From positions 5,404-69,403 of the forward strand of contig DASPZL010000440.1 of assembly GCA_035636295.1 (NCBI GenBank): a stretch of DNA of 64,000 nucleotides, given 5' to 3'. Of this stretch, positions 1 through 9,488 are shown piece after piece. Made by a program: the position numbers and the translations under genes. The notes under the pieces were generated by a model, which did not search any database, was not told where the DNA came from, and was given only the letters and a program-made list of their open reading frames with translations. The stretch's first letter is position 1. The number at the start of each line of letters is the position of its first letter. This DNA is from Paraburkholderia sp. GTDB lineage: Bacteria > Pseudomonadota > Gammaproteobacteria > Burkholderiales > Burkholderiaceae.

Positions 1-19
1 AATTAAGACGGCATGTGAT

Positions 20-30
20 TTGCCTTACAA
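20..30. promoter_or_regulatory. putative FadR-type operator TTGC-N3-ACAA upstream of the GntR gene
   Basis: TTGCCTTACAA; the same TTGY-N3-ACAA motif recurs at 3026, 3085 and 5083. Confidence 0.45.
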
Positions 31-67
31 TCAAGACCTACTCAGACAAGCTGCTTCAGCCCCGCTG

Positions 68-757
68 ATGAACGAGCGTAAAACGACGGGCTTGCCCGAC
101 AAGATCTACGGCGACATCCTCAATCGCATTCTCGAAGGCGAATACAAGGAAGGCGAGCGGCTGCCGACCGAGCATGCGCTGGCCGAACGGTTTGCGACGT
201 CGCGGCCGACCGTGCGCGAAGCCCTGGCGCGTTTGCGGGCGGACGGCATCATCATGACGCGGCATGGTTCGGGCACCACGGTCGCGCGGCGGCCGGATCC
301 GGACGTGCGCCGCTTTGCGCCGCTCGAAACCCTGTCCGACATCCGCCGCTGCTATGAGTTTCGTATCGTGACCGAAGCAGGCGCGGCGGAGCAGGCGGCG
401 CTCAAGGCGGATGCCGAGGACATCGCCGCAATCCAGCACGCGTGGGAGCAGTTGGAACGCATCATCGAAACGCGGGGCATCGGCGCAAAGGACGACTTCA
501 TGTTCCACCTGGCGGTGGCGCGCGCGTCGAAGAATCCGTTTTTTATCACGGTCATGTCGTTTATCGAGGAGCAGATTGTGTTCAGCATGAACCTGTCGCG
601 CAATCTGTCGCTCGTGAAAACGGTGGAGCGGCAGCGGCTCGTGCAGGCTGAACATATGGCGGTGCTCGACGCGATCCGCCGTAAGGACGCGCCGGCCGCC
701 GGAAGGGCGATGCGCGCGCATCTCGAGAATGCGCTGGAGCGCATGTTCGGTTCCTAG
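68..757 (+). CDS. GntR family transcriptional regulator, FadR subfamily (wHTH + FCD)
   Basis: GERLPTEHALAERFATSRPTVREAL HTH; FCD features FHLAVARASKN, EHMAVLDAI, MRAHL. ATG at 68 preferred over the TTG at 20. Confidence 0.9.
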   Translation: MNERKTTGLPDKIYGDILNRILEGEYKEGERLPTEHALAERFATSRPTVREALARLRADGIIMTRHGSGTTVARRPDPDVRRFAPLETLSDIRRCYEFRIVTEAGAAEQAALKADAEDIAAIQHAWEQLERIIETRGIGAKDDFMFHLAVARASKNPFFITVMSFIEEQIVFSMNLSRNLSLVKTVERQRLVQAEHMAVLDAIRRKDAPAAGRAMRAHLENALERMFGS

Positions 758-866
758 AGGTCCGCGTGTTTCGCCGCAGCGGCGCCACTTAAGCAAAGCC
801 CGCTGCATCGCACCACCGGGCCGATGCAATTCCGGCCCGGCGTGCGACTTGCCGCTCTCGCAGCCG

Positions 867-1460
867 TTAGGCGGCGGCGGGGATCGGCCCGAACAAGGCA
901 GTGCGGGTTTTCGGACTAACCGCGATGTCCAGCGCGACGGCCCGCTCCACGCCGATCTGCAACGGCGCCCCGAGCCGGCCGATCTCGATGCCGGTCTTGC
1001 GCAGCAGTCGTTCGATCGGCGTCGTAGTCACCGTGACGTATCGCGTGATGCCCATCCGGTCCGCGAATGTGACGAGCTCGTGAATCGCCTGCATGGTCAC
1101 GTTCGCAAAGCCGAACGACTGTTCCTCGCCGCTGGTTTCGATCGCAAACCGGCTCAGTTCCCAGATGTGCCGGCCGACCGGCGCGTCCGCGCCGTGCAGC
1201 AATTGCGGGAAGGTGTCTTTCAGCATGTTGGGGCCTTCGGTCGGCATCAGGCGCCAACAGCCGCGCACCTGTCCGTCGTCGCCCTGAATCAGCATGTAAT
1301 GCGGCCCGAGCGCATCGTAGCCGTCTATCTCCATGCCGGCGATGGTTGGGATCTCCCATCCAAGCCGCCCGTGAAAAACCCGAGCCCGTAGACGATACAT
1401 CTCGTTGATATCCGCGTTGTCGAATTCCTGCCGCATTCCAATCCTGATCGCTGTTTGCAT
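867..1460 (-). CDS. braI: acyl-homoserine-lactone synthase (LuxI family, BraI/XenI type)
   Basis: LuxI motifs RLRARVFHGRLGW, EIDGYD, GCWRLMPT, WELSRFAI; luxI-rsaL-luxR layout. Confidence 0.93.
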   Translation of the reverse strand: MQTAIRIGMRQEFDNADINEMYRLRARVFHGRLGWEIPTIAGMEIDGYDALGPHYMLIQGDDGQVRGCWRLMPTEGPNMLKDTFPQLLHGADAPVGRHIWELSRFAIETSGEEQSFGFANVTMQAIHELVTFADRMGITRYVTVTTTPIERLLRKTGIEIGRLGAPLQIGVERAVALDIAVSPKTRTALFGPIPAAA

Positions 1461-1508
1461 GACGTTCTCCTGAACGTGTTGGGGTACCCAATACGCAGGA
1501 AAACTTAT

Positions 1509-1521
1509 GCATTCTGAATGC
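1509..1521. promoter_or_regulatory. inverted repeat GCATTC-T-GAATGC, candidate RsaL operator
   Basis: perfect 6-bp-arm palindrome between the lux box and the braI start. Confidence 0.4.
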
Positions 1522-1528
1522 TTCTGCC

Positions 1529-1548
1529 ACCTATCTACCTGGATAGGT
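1529..1548. promoter_or_regulatory. lux box
   Basis: ACCTATCTACCTGGATAGGT, a 20-bp palindrome with ACCT...AGGT ends, centred ~78 bp upstream of braI. Confidence 0.8.
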
Positions 1549-1615
1549 GTGCATGCTTATCGGATAACGCAGAATTCGAGACAGGCATCTGCACTCAACC
1601 GACGGGACACGAAAA

Positions 1616-1933
1616 ATGGAACTCCTCGAAAATCACTGGCAACCGCAAACCGGTTCTCAAACGCGCCCGGCGGAGGCCCCTTCGGCCGTGGATCGCGTTC
1701 TGATCATTGCCTACCGCAAGAAGAAAAAAGAGAGCCAGCGCCGTTTCTGGGCACGCTTCGGCGTCACGCAGTCCCGCGGCAGCCGGTTCGAATCGGGCGC
1801 TGAAATCCCGGCGCCGGTCTCGATCCTGCTGGGTCTCTATTTCACAAAAACCGTTTCCGACGCCGATCTGGGCCGGGCCGAACGGGTGCTATACAGCCGT
1901 GACGCGGCCGCTTTGCTCAACCCGGGTCAATAA
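1616..1933 (+). CDS. rsaL: RsaL-type quorum-sensing repressor (small HTH protein)
   Basis: HTH ESQRRFWARFGVTQSRGSRFESG; divergent from luxI and convergent with luxR. Confidence 0.85.
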   Translation: MELLENHWQPQTGSQTRPAEAPSAVDRVLIIAYRKKKKESQRRFWARFGVTQSRGSRFESGAEIPAPVSILLGLYFTKTVSDADLGRAERVLYSRDAAALLNPGQ

Positions 1934-2651
1934 GCCCGAGCTGCGCGGCGATTACCGCCGCCGCGCGCCGTGAATTCACACCGAATTTCGTCCTGATGTT
2001 TTTCATGTGGAAGTTCACCACGGCTTCCGAACAGTTCAGGATGTGGGAGATTTCCCAGGTGGATTTGCCGCGCGCGGTCCATTTCAGACATTCACGTTCA
2101 CGCGGCGTGAGTTTGGGCAATAACGTCTGAGCGTGGGTATTCAAATGGCGCTGGCTGGTATCGATTACCAGATCGCGCAATAACACCAGATTCGGCAAGG
2201 CAACGTCGATATGGCGCCAGAAGGCGTCGGTCGGATTGCTGTCGTTGACGAAGCAGATCATGCCGGCTTCCTGGTTCGGCCCGTGAATCGGCAACGTCAC
2301 GCCGGCGCGCAAGCCGTGCCCGCGGGCTTCCTCGTACATTGACTGCTGCTCAGCAGTCTTAAAAATGTCCGGCGACCAGATCAACGGCGTGGCGCGCGTC
2401 GCGCAATGGCTGACGGTCGGGTCGATGTGAACCAGTCCCTGTTCGTCGTAGGTGCGGCGCCATGCCGGCGCATAGGTGCTGCGCACGTAGGCGTCTTCCA
2501 GGCGAATGGTCGGGCGCGGCAGCATCGCGATCAAAAGCCTGTCGAAACCCCACGTTTCGGCAAGGCCGGCAATCGCGCCGAACCATTCCGCTTCGTCGGC
2601 GGCGTTCTGTAGCGGCGCCATCTGCTCGATAAAGTGTAGCGGCAATTTCAA
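1917..2651 (-). CDS. braR: LuxR-family AHL receptor (BraR/XenR type)
   Basis: autoinducer-binding residues W..Y...DP and W/G (WRRTYD, IDPTV, LIWS, GLRAG); C-terminal LTPRERECLKWTARGKSTWEIS HTH; TTG start. Confidence 0.93.
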   Translation of the reverse strand: MKLPLHFIEQMAPLQNAADEAEWFGAIAGLAETWGFDRLLIAMLPRPTIRLEDAYVRSTYAPAWRRTYDEQGLVHIDPTVSHCATRATPLIWSPDIFKTAEQQSMYEEARGHGLRAGVTLPIHGPNQEAGMICFVNDSNPTDAFWRHIDVALPNLVLLRDLVIDTSQRHLNTHAQTLLPKLTPRERECLKWTARGKSTWEISHILNCSEAVVNFHMKNIRTKFGVNSRRAAAVIAAQLGLIDPG

Positions 2652-3081
2652 CTCTCTCAGGCTCGCAACATCCCGTTGCGGTTAATTGCGGTACGGTATT
2701 CCGTCCGGCTGTTTTATCTTCACAATCTAACACTAAAAATTACTTCGCAAAGCCAGCCGCAATGTTCCCAAAAGACGTAGCGAGGTTCGGCTGTGAAGCG
2801 AATGACTCGCTCCCTATACGTAATTTCCCGGCCCCCCAACGTTCGCAAACCGGGCAAAGGCAGGTAATTCTTCGTGGCAGCCGTTTTGAAGTTTTTTCAT
2901 TGGCCTGCGTTATTAGTCAATTCAATCTAATGACTCTGCTTTCCGATATCAGGCGATGCCCACTCCAATCACCATGCTGGATTCATCGCCGGTTTGCGGC
3001 CATTGCGGGTTCCTCGATAGCGCTATTGTCATACAAAAGCGACATATCTGACTCCTGGGTGTTCATCCTCCTCAAACGCTC

Positions 3082-3098
3082 AAGTTGTTTGACAACTT
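3082..3098. promoter_or_regulatory. FadR/GntR-type operator palindrome
   Basis: AAGTTGT-TTG-ACAACTT, perfect 7-bp arms, containing TTGACA; second site TTGTCATACAA at 3026-3036. Confidence 0.65.
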
Positions 3099-3152
3099 TG
3101 CGAGCCCGGTGCTAACTTGAACGCCACTACCCGCTCCCCGGTTTGAGGCGTC

Positions 3153-4088
3153 ATGAACGAATCCCCCATTCTCGACGGCGAATTTGCCGCTTCCGTCATG
3201 GCCGTGCCGCCGTTGGCGCGCCGCGCCGACTACGTACTCGATGCCGCTCAAAACCTCGCGCTGATCCGGCACATCGAAGCGGGCGGCGTGCGCACCTTGC
3301 TGTATGGCGGCAACGCGAACCTTTATCACGTCTCCGTCGGCGAATATCGCGACTTGCTGGAGCTGCTCGCCGACGCCGCGAGCATAGGCACGCGCGTGAT
3401 CCCGGCAATCGGCCCCGACTACGGGAAGATGCTCGACCAGGCGCGCATCCTCGCGCAAACCCGTTTCCGGACGGCAATGGTGCTGCCGCTCGCCGGTTTT
3501 ACGACTTCCGAGGGCGTCGAGGCGGGGCTGACGCGCATCGTCGACACGGCGGGCATCCCGCTCACGCTGTATATCAAGAGCGAAGACTACGTCGAGGTCG
3601 GCACGCTGGCGCGTCTCATCGACCGCGGCACGCTGCTGGCCGTGAAATACGCGATCGTCCGAGCCGATCCGGCGGACGATCCTTATCTGCGCCGTCTGCT
3701 GCAACAGGTGCCGGCCGCGAAAGTAGTGTCCGGCATGGGCGAGCGGCCGGCGCTCGTGCATGTGCGCGAGTTCGGTCTCGCCGCATGGACGACGGGTTCG
3801 GGATGCATCGCGCCGCGTATGGTCACGGCCTTGCTGCACGCCGTCAAAACCGGCGACCAGGACACGGCGCGGCGCCTTTACGATGCATTCTTGCCGCTCG
3901 AAACCTTGCGCGACGACATCTCGCTGATCCGCGTGCTGCACGACGCGGTCACGTTCTCGAAGATCGCTGACATGGGGCCGATTTTGCCGCTGCTCAGTTC
4001 GACGCCGCCCGAACATCATGCGAAGATCGAGCACGCCACGCAGGAACTGCTCGCGTTGGAACGGCAGTTCGCGCGAGCCAATTCATAA
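3153..4088 (+). CDS. dihydrodipicolinate synthase/N-acetylneuraminate lyase family protein (class I aldolase/dehydratase)
   Basis: DapA-like layout; candidate Tyr (LYIK) and Schiff-base Lys (AVKYA); GGNAN in place of GTTGE. Confidence 0.75.
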   Translation: MNESPILDGEFAASVMAVPPLARRADYVLDAAQNLALIRHIEAGGVRTLLYGGNANLYHVSVGEYRDLLELLADAASIGTRVIPAIGPDYGKMLDQARILAQTRFRTAMVLPLAGFTTSEGVEAGLTRIVDTAGIPLTLYIKSEDYVEVGTLARLIDRGTLLAVKYAIVRADPADDPYLRRLLQQVPAAKVVSGMGERPALVHVREFGLAAWTTGSGCIAPRMVTALLHAVKTGDQDTARRLYDAFLPLETLRDDISLIRVLHDAVTFSKIADMGPILPLLSSTPPEHHAKIEHATQELLALERQFARANS

Positions 4089-4123
4089 CCGTGCCCTCAA
4101 CTCCGAAACTCAAAAGCACAAGC

Positions 4124-5062
4124 ATGACCGACAACAGCCGACGCTATCCCGATCCGTCCATCCGCGTGCTCGATCCGCGCTTCAAGTCGCTGATCCTTGC
4201 CTCCGCTTCCGTCGAGTGTCTGTATCAAGGCGCACGCTGGTCGGAGGGACCGGTCTGGTTCGGCGACGGCCGCTATCTGCTGTGGAGCGACATTCCGAAC
4301 GACCGCATCCTGCGTTGGGACGAACCGAGCGGCACCGTCACTACGTATCGCCAGCCGTCCAACAATGCGAACGGCCATACGCGAGATCGTCAGGGGCGCC
4401 TCGTCAGCTGCGAGCATCTGACGCGCCGCGTCACGCGTACCGAATACGACGGCTCGATTACCGTGCTCGCAGACCGTTATCGCGGCAAGCGCTTCAATTC
4501 ACCGAACGACGTGATCGTGAAATCGGATGGCTCGATCTGGTTCACCGATCCGACCTTCGGTATCGACAGCTTTTACGAGGGCGAGCGGCAGGAGTCGGAA
4601 CTGCCGGCATGCGTGTACCGCATCGACGGCCAATCCGGTGAGGTGAGCGTGGTCGCCGACGACGTCCTCGGGCCCAACGGCCTTGCGTTTTCACCGGACG
4701 AGTCGGTGCTGTACATCGTCGAATCGCGTGGCGAGCCGCGCAAGATCCGCGCGTTCGATGTCGGCGGCAATGGCACGGCGCTGTTGAACAACCGTGTGCT
4801 GATCGACGCCGGCCCCGGCACGCCGGACGGCTTTCGCGTCGACGTCCACGGCAATCTGTGGTGCGGCTGGGGCATGGGCACGGCGGAGCTCGACGGCGTG
4901 CGCGTCTTCACGCCACAAGGCGAGCCCATCGGCCACATTGCGTTGCCGGAACGCTGCGCGAATGTGTGCTTCGGCGGCCGCCATCGCAACCGGCTGTTCA
5001 TGGCGGCGAGCCACGGGCTCTATTCGCTTTACGTCAATACGCAGGGCGCGCAAGGCGGCTGA
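4124..5062 (+). CDS. SMP-30/gluconolactonase family lactonase
   Basis: SEGPVW, NSPNDV, GPNGLAFSPD, PDGFRVD motifs. Confidence 0.9.
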   Translation: MTDNSRRYPDPSIRVLDPRFKSLILASASVECLYQGARWSEGPVWFGDGRYLLWSDIPNDRILRWDEPSGTVTTYRQPSNNANGHTRDRQGRLVSCEHLTRRVTRTEYDGSITVLADRYRGKRFNSPNDVIVKSDGSIWFTDPTFGIDSFYEGERQESELPACVYRIDGQSGEVSVVADDVLGPNGLAFSPDESVLYIVESRGEPRKIRAFDVGGNGTALLNNRVLIDAGPGTPDGFRVDVHGNLWCGWGMGTAELDGVRVFTPQGEPIGHIALPERCANVCFGGRHRNRLFMAASHGLYSLYVNTQGAQGG

Positions 5063-5080
5063 GCTCGGCGCGCGTCGAGG

Positions 5081-5095
5081 ACTTGCCTGACAAGT
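5081..5095. promoter_or_regulatory. putative FadR-type operator upstream of the ABC operon
   Basis: ACTTG-CCTGA-CAAGT; sigma70-like TTGACA (5220) / TATGTT (5244) further downstream. Confidence 0.5.
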
Positions 5096-5321
5096 ACTTG
5101 CCAGCGACAATCTCAGGCTTCGGGTTTGCCCTCGGATGGCGGGCGCAACCCATTGAGCTACAAGGATTCCAGCCAAAAGCGCCTGATTTCCCGGGCAAAC
5201 CGCGGCCGCGAGTATTTGCTTGACATCGGCAGTCCCGCTTCGCTATGTTCCTTTGGTAGATAGACACCGCCCGCAGCGCATCTGACCGGCGGACTTCCAT
5301 ACCAAGAAGCGAGGAGACGCA

Positions 5322-6491
5322 ATGACTGTTTCACACAGGTTGACGCTCAGGCTGGTGTCCGTATGTCTCGCGGCGAGCGCCGCTTTCGCCTCCGCCGCGC
5401 ACGCGGCCGATCCAGTTACGCTCAATATCGTCGACGTGGCCGGCGATCTTCAACTCACGCAAAAGGGTTTCGAGGCCTTCAAGGCGAAGTACCCGAACCT
5501 CGTCGCCAACATCACGTTCACGAATGCGCCCGCGCCGCAGTTGCCCGGCAAGATCAAGGCGATGCAGGCCGCGGGCCGCTCCGATATCGATCTCGTGCTC
5601 ACCGGCACCGACGCGCTGGCCGCCGGCATCGAACAAAGTCTGTGGATGAAACTGCTGCCGGACAACGCGGCGGCTTTTCCCGGCGTGCTCGACAAATACG
5701 CGCCGGGTCCGCGCAAGATGCAGGACCTGGCGCAAGGGTACGGGCTCGAGGTCGCGTATATGCCGGCCGGTCCGCTGCTCGAATACAACCCCGCGAAAGT
5801 CAGCGATCCGCCGAAGACGCCCGAACAACTGCTGCAATGGTGCAAGGCGCATCCGGACAAGCTCATTTACGCGCGGCCCGCGAACTCCGGGCCGGGCCGC
5901 ACGTTCCTGATGGGATTGCCCTACGTGCTCGGCGATAAGGATCCGCAAGACCCGATTCACGGCTGGGACAAGACGTGGGCTTTCCTCAAGCAACTGAACG
6001 ATTGCATTCCTTACTATCCCGGCGGCACCTCGGCGGTCATGAAAGAACTCGGCGAGGGCACGCGCGACATGACCGTCACGGTGACGGGGTGGGACATCAA
6101 TCCACGCGCGCTCGGCATCGTGCCGGCTGAATTTCGCGTGCAGGCGTTCGACAACATGACGTGGGTGAACGACGCGCACTTCATGGTGATTCCGAAGGGC
6201 GTGCCGAAGGAAAAGCTCGACGTGCTCTACAAGCTGATCAACTTCATGCTCGAGCCGGCGCAGCAGGCCATGACCTATGACGACGGTTACTTCTATCCAG
6301 GCCCTGCGATCAAGGGCGTGACTGTCGAGCAGGCGCCCGCGCGCAGCCAGGACGTGCTGAAGAAGTACGGCCGGCCGGAGTACGCGAAGCTGCTGGCCGA
6401 GCGTCCGCATGTTTTGCCGCTGAACGCAAGCGCGATGGTCGCGGCATTCAGGAAGTGGGACACCGAAGTCGGTGCGCAGAAGACCAGGTAG
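5322..6491 (+). CDS. ABC transporter periplasmic substrate-binding protein (PotD/AfuA-like)
   Basis: signal peptide ending AHA-A; RBS GAGGAG; upstream of an ATPase and two permeases. Confidence 0.85.
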   Translation: MTVSHRLTLRLVSVCLAASAAFASAAHAADPVTLNIVDVAGDLQLTQKGFEAFKAKYPNLVANITFTNAPAPQLPGKIKAMQAAGRSDIDLVLTGTDALAAGIEQSLWMKLLPDNAAAFPGVLDKYAPGPRKMQDLAQGYGLEVAYMPAGPLLEYNPAKVSDPPKTPEQLLQWCKAHPDKLIYARPANSGPGRTFLMGLPYVLGDKDPQDPIHGWDKTWAFLKQLNDCIPYYPGGTSAVMKELGEGTRDMTVTVTGWDINPRALGIVPAEFRVQAFDNMTWVNDAHFMVIPKGVPKEKLDVLYKLINFMLEPAQQAMTYDDGYFYPGPAIKGVTVEQAPARSQDVLKKYGRPEYAKLLAERPHVLPLNASAMVAAFRKWDTEVGAQKTR

Positions 6492-6574
6492 TCCGCGCAG
6501 GAGTCAGTGTTTCAGTCTGCTCACGCCGTCGCGAGCCGAGCGTCACGCGTATCAGGAAATCGCCAGGAACCGCC

Positions 6575-7654
6575 ATGAAGCATCACTTTGAGCAGTTGCG
6601 GCTCGACTCAGTGAGCCGCAGTTTCACGAATGCGGAAGGCCAGGCTATCGCGGCGTTGCAAGGGCTCGACCTGAACATCCGCCGCGGCGAATTCATCGCG
6701 TTGCTGGGGCCTTCCGGTTGCGGCAAATCGACGGCGCTCAATTGCATCGCCGGCTTGCAGCCGTTGAGCGCCGGCGGCATCTGGCTCGACGACAAACGCA
6801 TCGACGTGTTGCCGCCGGAAAAGCGCGGCTTCGGCATGGTGTTTCAGAACTACGCGTTGTTTCCGCACATGAGCGTGCTCGATAACGTCGGCTTCGGTTT
6901 GAAAATGCGCGGCGTCGGCAGGAGCGAGACCCTGCGCCGCGCGCGTGAAGCGTTGCAACTCGTGCAGCTGGTCGGGCATGAACGCAAGCTGCCCGGACAA
7001 TTGTCCGGCGGCCAACAGCAGCGCGTGGCGATTGCACGGGCGATCGTGATCGAGCCGCCGCTCATTCTGATGGACGAACCGCTGTCGAATCTCGATACGA
7101 AACTGCGCATCGAAATGCGCGCCGAGATTCGCCGCATCCACAGCCAGCTCGAACGCGCGACGCTCTACGTGACGCACGATCAGGACGAAGCGCTTTCCAT
7201 GGCCGATCGCATCGTCGTGATGAAAGAGGGCGTGGTGCAGCAGATCGCCACGCCGAAAGAGGTCTATACGCGGCCGCAGAATTTGCATGTCGCGCGTTTC
7301 ATGGGCTATCGCAACGTGGCCGAATTCATGCTCGAAGGCACGCAAGGCGAAGGCGTCGCGGTGAGCGCGAACGGCGTGCGCCTGATCGGCACGCCGATGG
7401 CCGGCTTCGACAGCAAACGTGTGAGCGTGGCGCTGCGTCCCGAGGATATGGAGCGCGCGGCGCCTGGCGCGGACAACGCTTTCGACGCGCTGGTGACCAC
7501 CGTCGAATACGGCGGCCGCGATTCGCTGCTGCGTGTCAAAACCGCGTTCGGCGATTTGTGGGCACGCGTCGGCGGGGAATTCGAAGAGGGTGAACGAATC
7601 AGTCTGCGCGTGCCGCCGTCGCGCGCACTCGTCTATGACGGAGAAGTTGTATGA
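6575..7654 (+). CDS. ABC transporter ATP-binding protein (PotA-like, C-terminal TOBE)
   Basis: GPSGCGKST, LSGGQQQRVA, LMDEP. Confidence 0.93.
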   Translation: MKHHFEQLRLDSVSRSFTNAEGQAIAALQGLDLNIRRGEFIALLGPSGCGKSTALNCIAGLQPLSAGGIWLDDKRIDVLPPEKRGFGMVFQNYALFPHMSVLDNVGFGLKMRGVGRSETLRRAREALQLVQLVGHERKLPGQLSGGQQQRVAIARAIVIEPPLILMDEPLSNLDTKLRIEMRAEIRRIHSQLERATLYVTHDQDEALSMADRIVVMKEGVVQQIATPKEVYTRPQNLHVARFMGYRNVAEFMLEGTQGEGVAVSANGVRLIGTPMAGFDSKRVSVALRPEDMERAAPGADNAFDALVTTVEYGGRDSLLRVKTAFGDLWARVGGEFEEGERISLRVPPSRALVYDGEVV

Positions 7655-8529
7655 ACACGCCCACGCTGTCGCCGCCGCTCGCGCCGCGCGACGCCAAAGC
7701 GTGGCTCGTCGCGCCGGCGCTGATCTTCATCGTCGCATTGTTCATTTACCCGTTCGCGTACGGTCTGGTGCTGTCGTTCCAGCCGATGAACGGTGGCGGA
7801 CTGTGGGCCAACTATCTGACGTTTTTCACCGACACGTCGATGTGGCCGACGATCATCGTCACGCTCAAGCTCGCGGTGCCCGCCACGCTCATCAACGTCG
7901 GCGTGTCGGTTCCGGTAGCGTTTGCGCTGCGCCGCCATTCCCGCTATCAGAAGTTCGTCACCACCTTGCTGGTGATTCCGGTGACGCTCGGCACCGTGCT
8001 CATTGCCGACGGCATGCTCACGTACTTCGGCCCGAACGGCTGGTTTCCGCAAGCGTTGCAGGGCTTGCATCTCTATACGAACGAAGTGCGTCTCACGCAT
8101 AACTTCTGGGGCGTGCTGATCTCGCTGATCGTGTCGGGCTTTCCATTCGCGTTTCTGCTGACGCTGTCGTACGTGACCGGCATCGACCCGACGCTCGCGA
8201 GCGCGGCGGCGACGCTCGGCGCGAGTCCGTGGCAGCAGTTTCGCCGCATCTATTTGCTGCTGCTCGTGCCGGGTTTGACGATGGCCGCATGCCTGTCGTT
8301 CGTGCAGGCGTTTTCGGTGTTTCCATCGGCGGTGCTGCTCGGCGCGCCCGCCGGCCCGACGCGCGTGATGTCGATCGCCGCGGCCGAAGCCGCGTTCGAA
8401 AGCTACGACTATTCGCTTGCCTCCGCGATCGCGATGGTGATGGGCTTCGTGCAGTTGCTGGTGGTCGTCGCGATGCTCGGCGCGCGCCGCTTCTTCTACA
8501 GCGGTCCGGTAACGGGAGGCAAAGGCTGA
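7651..8529 (+). CDS. ABC transporter permease
   Basis: multiple TM segments; EAA-like loop SAAATLGAS; ATGA overlap with the ATPase. Confidence 0.9.
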   Translation: MNTPTLSPPLAPRDAKAWLVAPALIFIVALFIYPFAYGLVLSFQPMNGGGLWANYLTFFTDTSMWPTIIVTLKLAVPATLINVGVSVPVAFALRRHSRYQKFVTTLLVIPVTLGTVLIADGMLTYFGPNGWFPQALQGLHLYTNEVRLTHNFWGVLISLIVSGFPFAFLLTLSYVTGIDPTLASAAATLGASPWQQFRRIYLLLLVPGLTMAACLSFVQAFSVFPSAVLLGAPAGPTRVMSIAAAEAAFESYDYSLASAIAMVMGFVQLLVVVAMLGARRFFYSGPVTGGKG

Positions 8530-9458
8530 TGACTGCCGATCGCCACGCGGCGCACCCTTCGTGGTCCACGTCCGCATCGAAAGAACACGACGACGGCGCC
8601 CGTCAGCCCGGCAAGCGCGTCAAGCAGCGCGCCGGCGTGCCGGGTCGCGTCTGGCACGTGCTGGTGTGGGGCGCCATGGTGTTCTTCCTCGTCAACGTGG
8701 TGTTGCTGATCGCAACCGTCGCGGTCAATTCGGTGGCGACGCGCTGGTTCGGCACTTTGTTGCCGCAAGGCTTTACGCTGCATTGGTATGCGCAGGCGTG
8801 GAGCGATTTCCAGTTGGCGAGCGTGTTGTGGGTCACGGTCGAAGTGGTCGGCGCGGTGGTGCTGCTCTCGGTGCTGCTCGGCGTGCCCGCGGCATACGCG
8901 CTTGCCCGCGTGCAATTTCCGGGCAAGCGCACGGCGATGCTGATCTTCCTGCTGCCGTTGATGGTGCCGCCCGTCACGTACGGCATTCCGATGGCGACGG
9001 TGATGTACAAGATCGGCCTTGCCGGCACGCTGAGCGGCGTGATTCTTGCGAACCTCGTGCCGGCACTGCCGTTCGTCATTCTGGTGATGACGCCGTTCAT
9101 CGAACAGATCGATCCCAATCTCGAAGCGGCGGCGCGCATTTTCGGCGCCAACACCTTCCGCTATTTCCGCTACGTGCTGCTGCCCCTGCTGGTGCCCGGC
9201 ATGCTCGCGGCCGCGCTGCTGGTATTGGTGCGCACCATCGGCATGTTCGAACTGACGTTCTTCACGGCGGGTCCGGCGACGCAAACGCTCGTGGTCGCGT
9301 TGTACTACGCTGTGTTTTCAACCGGCGTGCGCGCACCGCAATCGATCGATGCGATGGCGATGATCTACATGGCGATCACGCTGATCTGGGTGCTGATCGC
9401 ACTGCAATTCGTGAGCCCGACGCAGATCGTGTCGCGCGTGAAGGAGCAGAAGCGCTGA
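8529..9458 (+). CDS. ABC transporter permease
   Basis: EAAARIFGA loop; TGATG coupling with the upstream permease. Confidence 0.9.
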   Translation: MTADRHAAHPSWSTSASKEHDDGARQPGKRVKQRAGVPGRVWHVLVWGAMVFFLVNVVLLIATVAVNSVATRWFGTLLPQGFTLHWYAQAWSDFQLASVLWVTVEVVGAVVLLSVLLGVPAAYALARVQFPGKRTAMLIFLLPLMVPPVTYGIPMATVMYKIGLAGTLSGVILANLVPALPFVILVMTPFIEQIDPNLEAAARIFGANTFRYFRYVLLPLLVPGMLAAALLVLVRTIGMFELTFFTAGPATQTLVVALYYAVFSTGVRAPQSIDAMAMIYMAITLIWVLIALQFVSPTQIVSRVKEQKR

Positions 9459-9488
9459 ATCCCCGTCGGTACCCCACTAGTACCGCAC

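Noticed and set aside
2762-3115. 117-aa ORF in the braR/DapA-like spacer
   Set aside because: AT-rich regulatory DNA with atypical composition; overlaps the operator palindromes.
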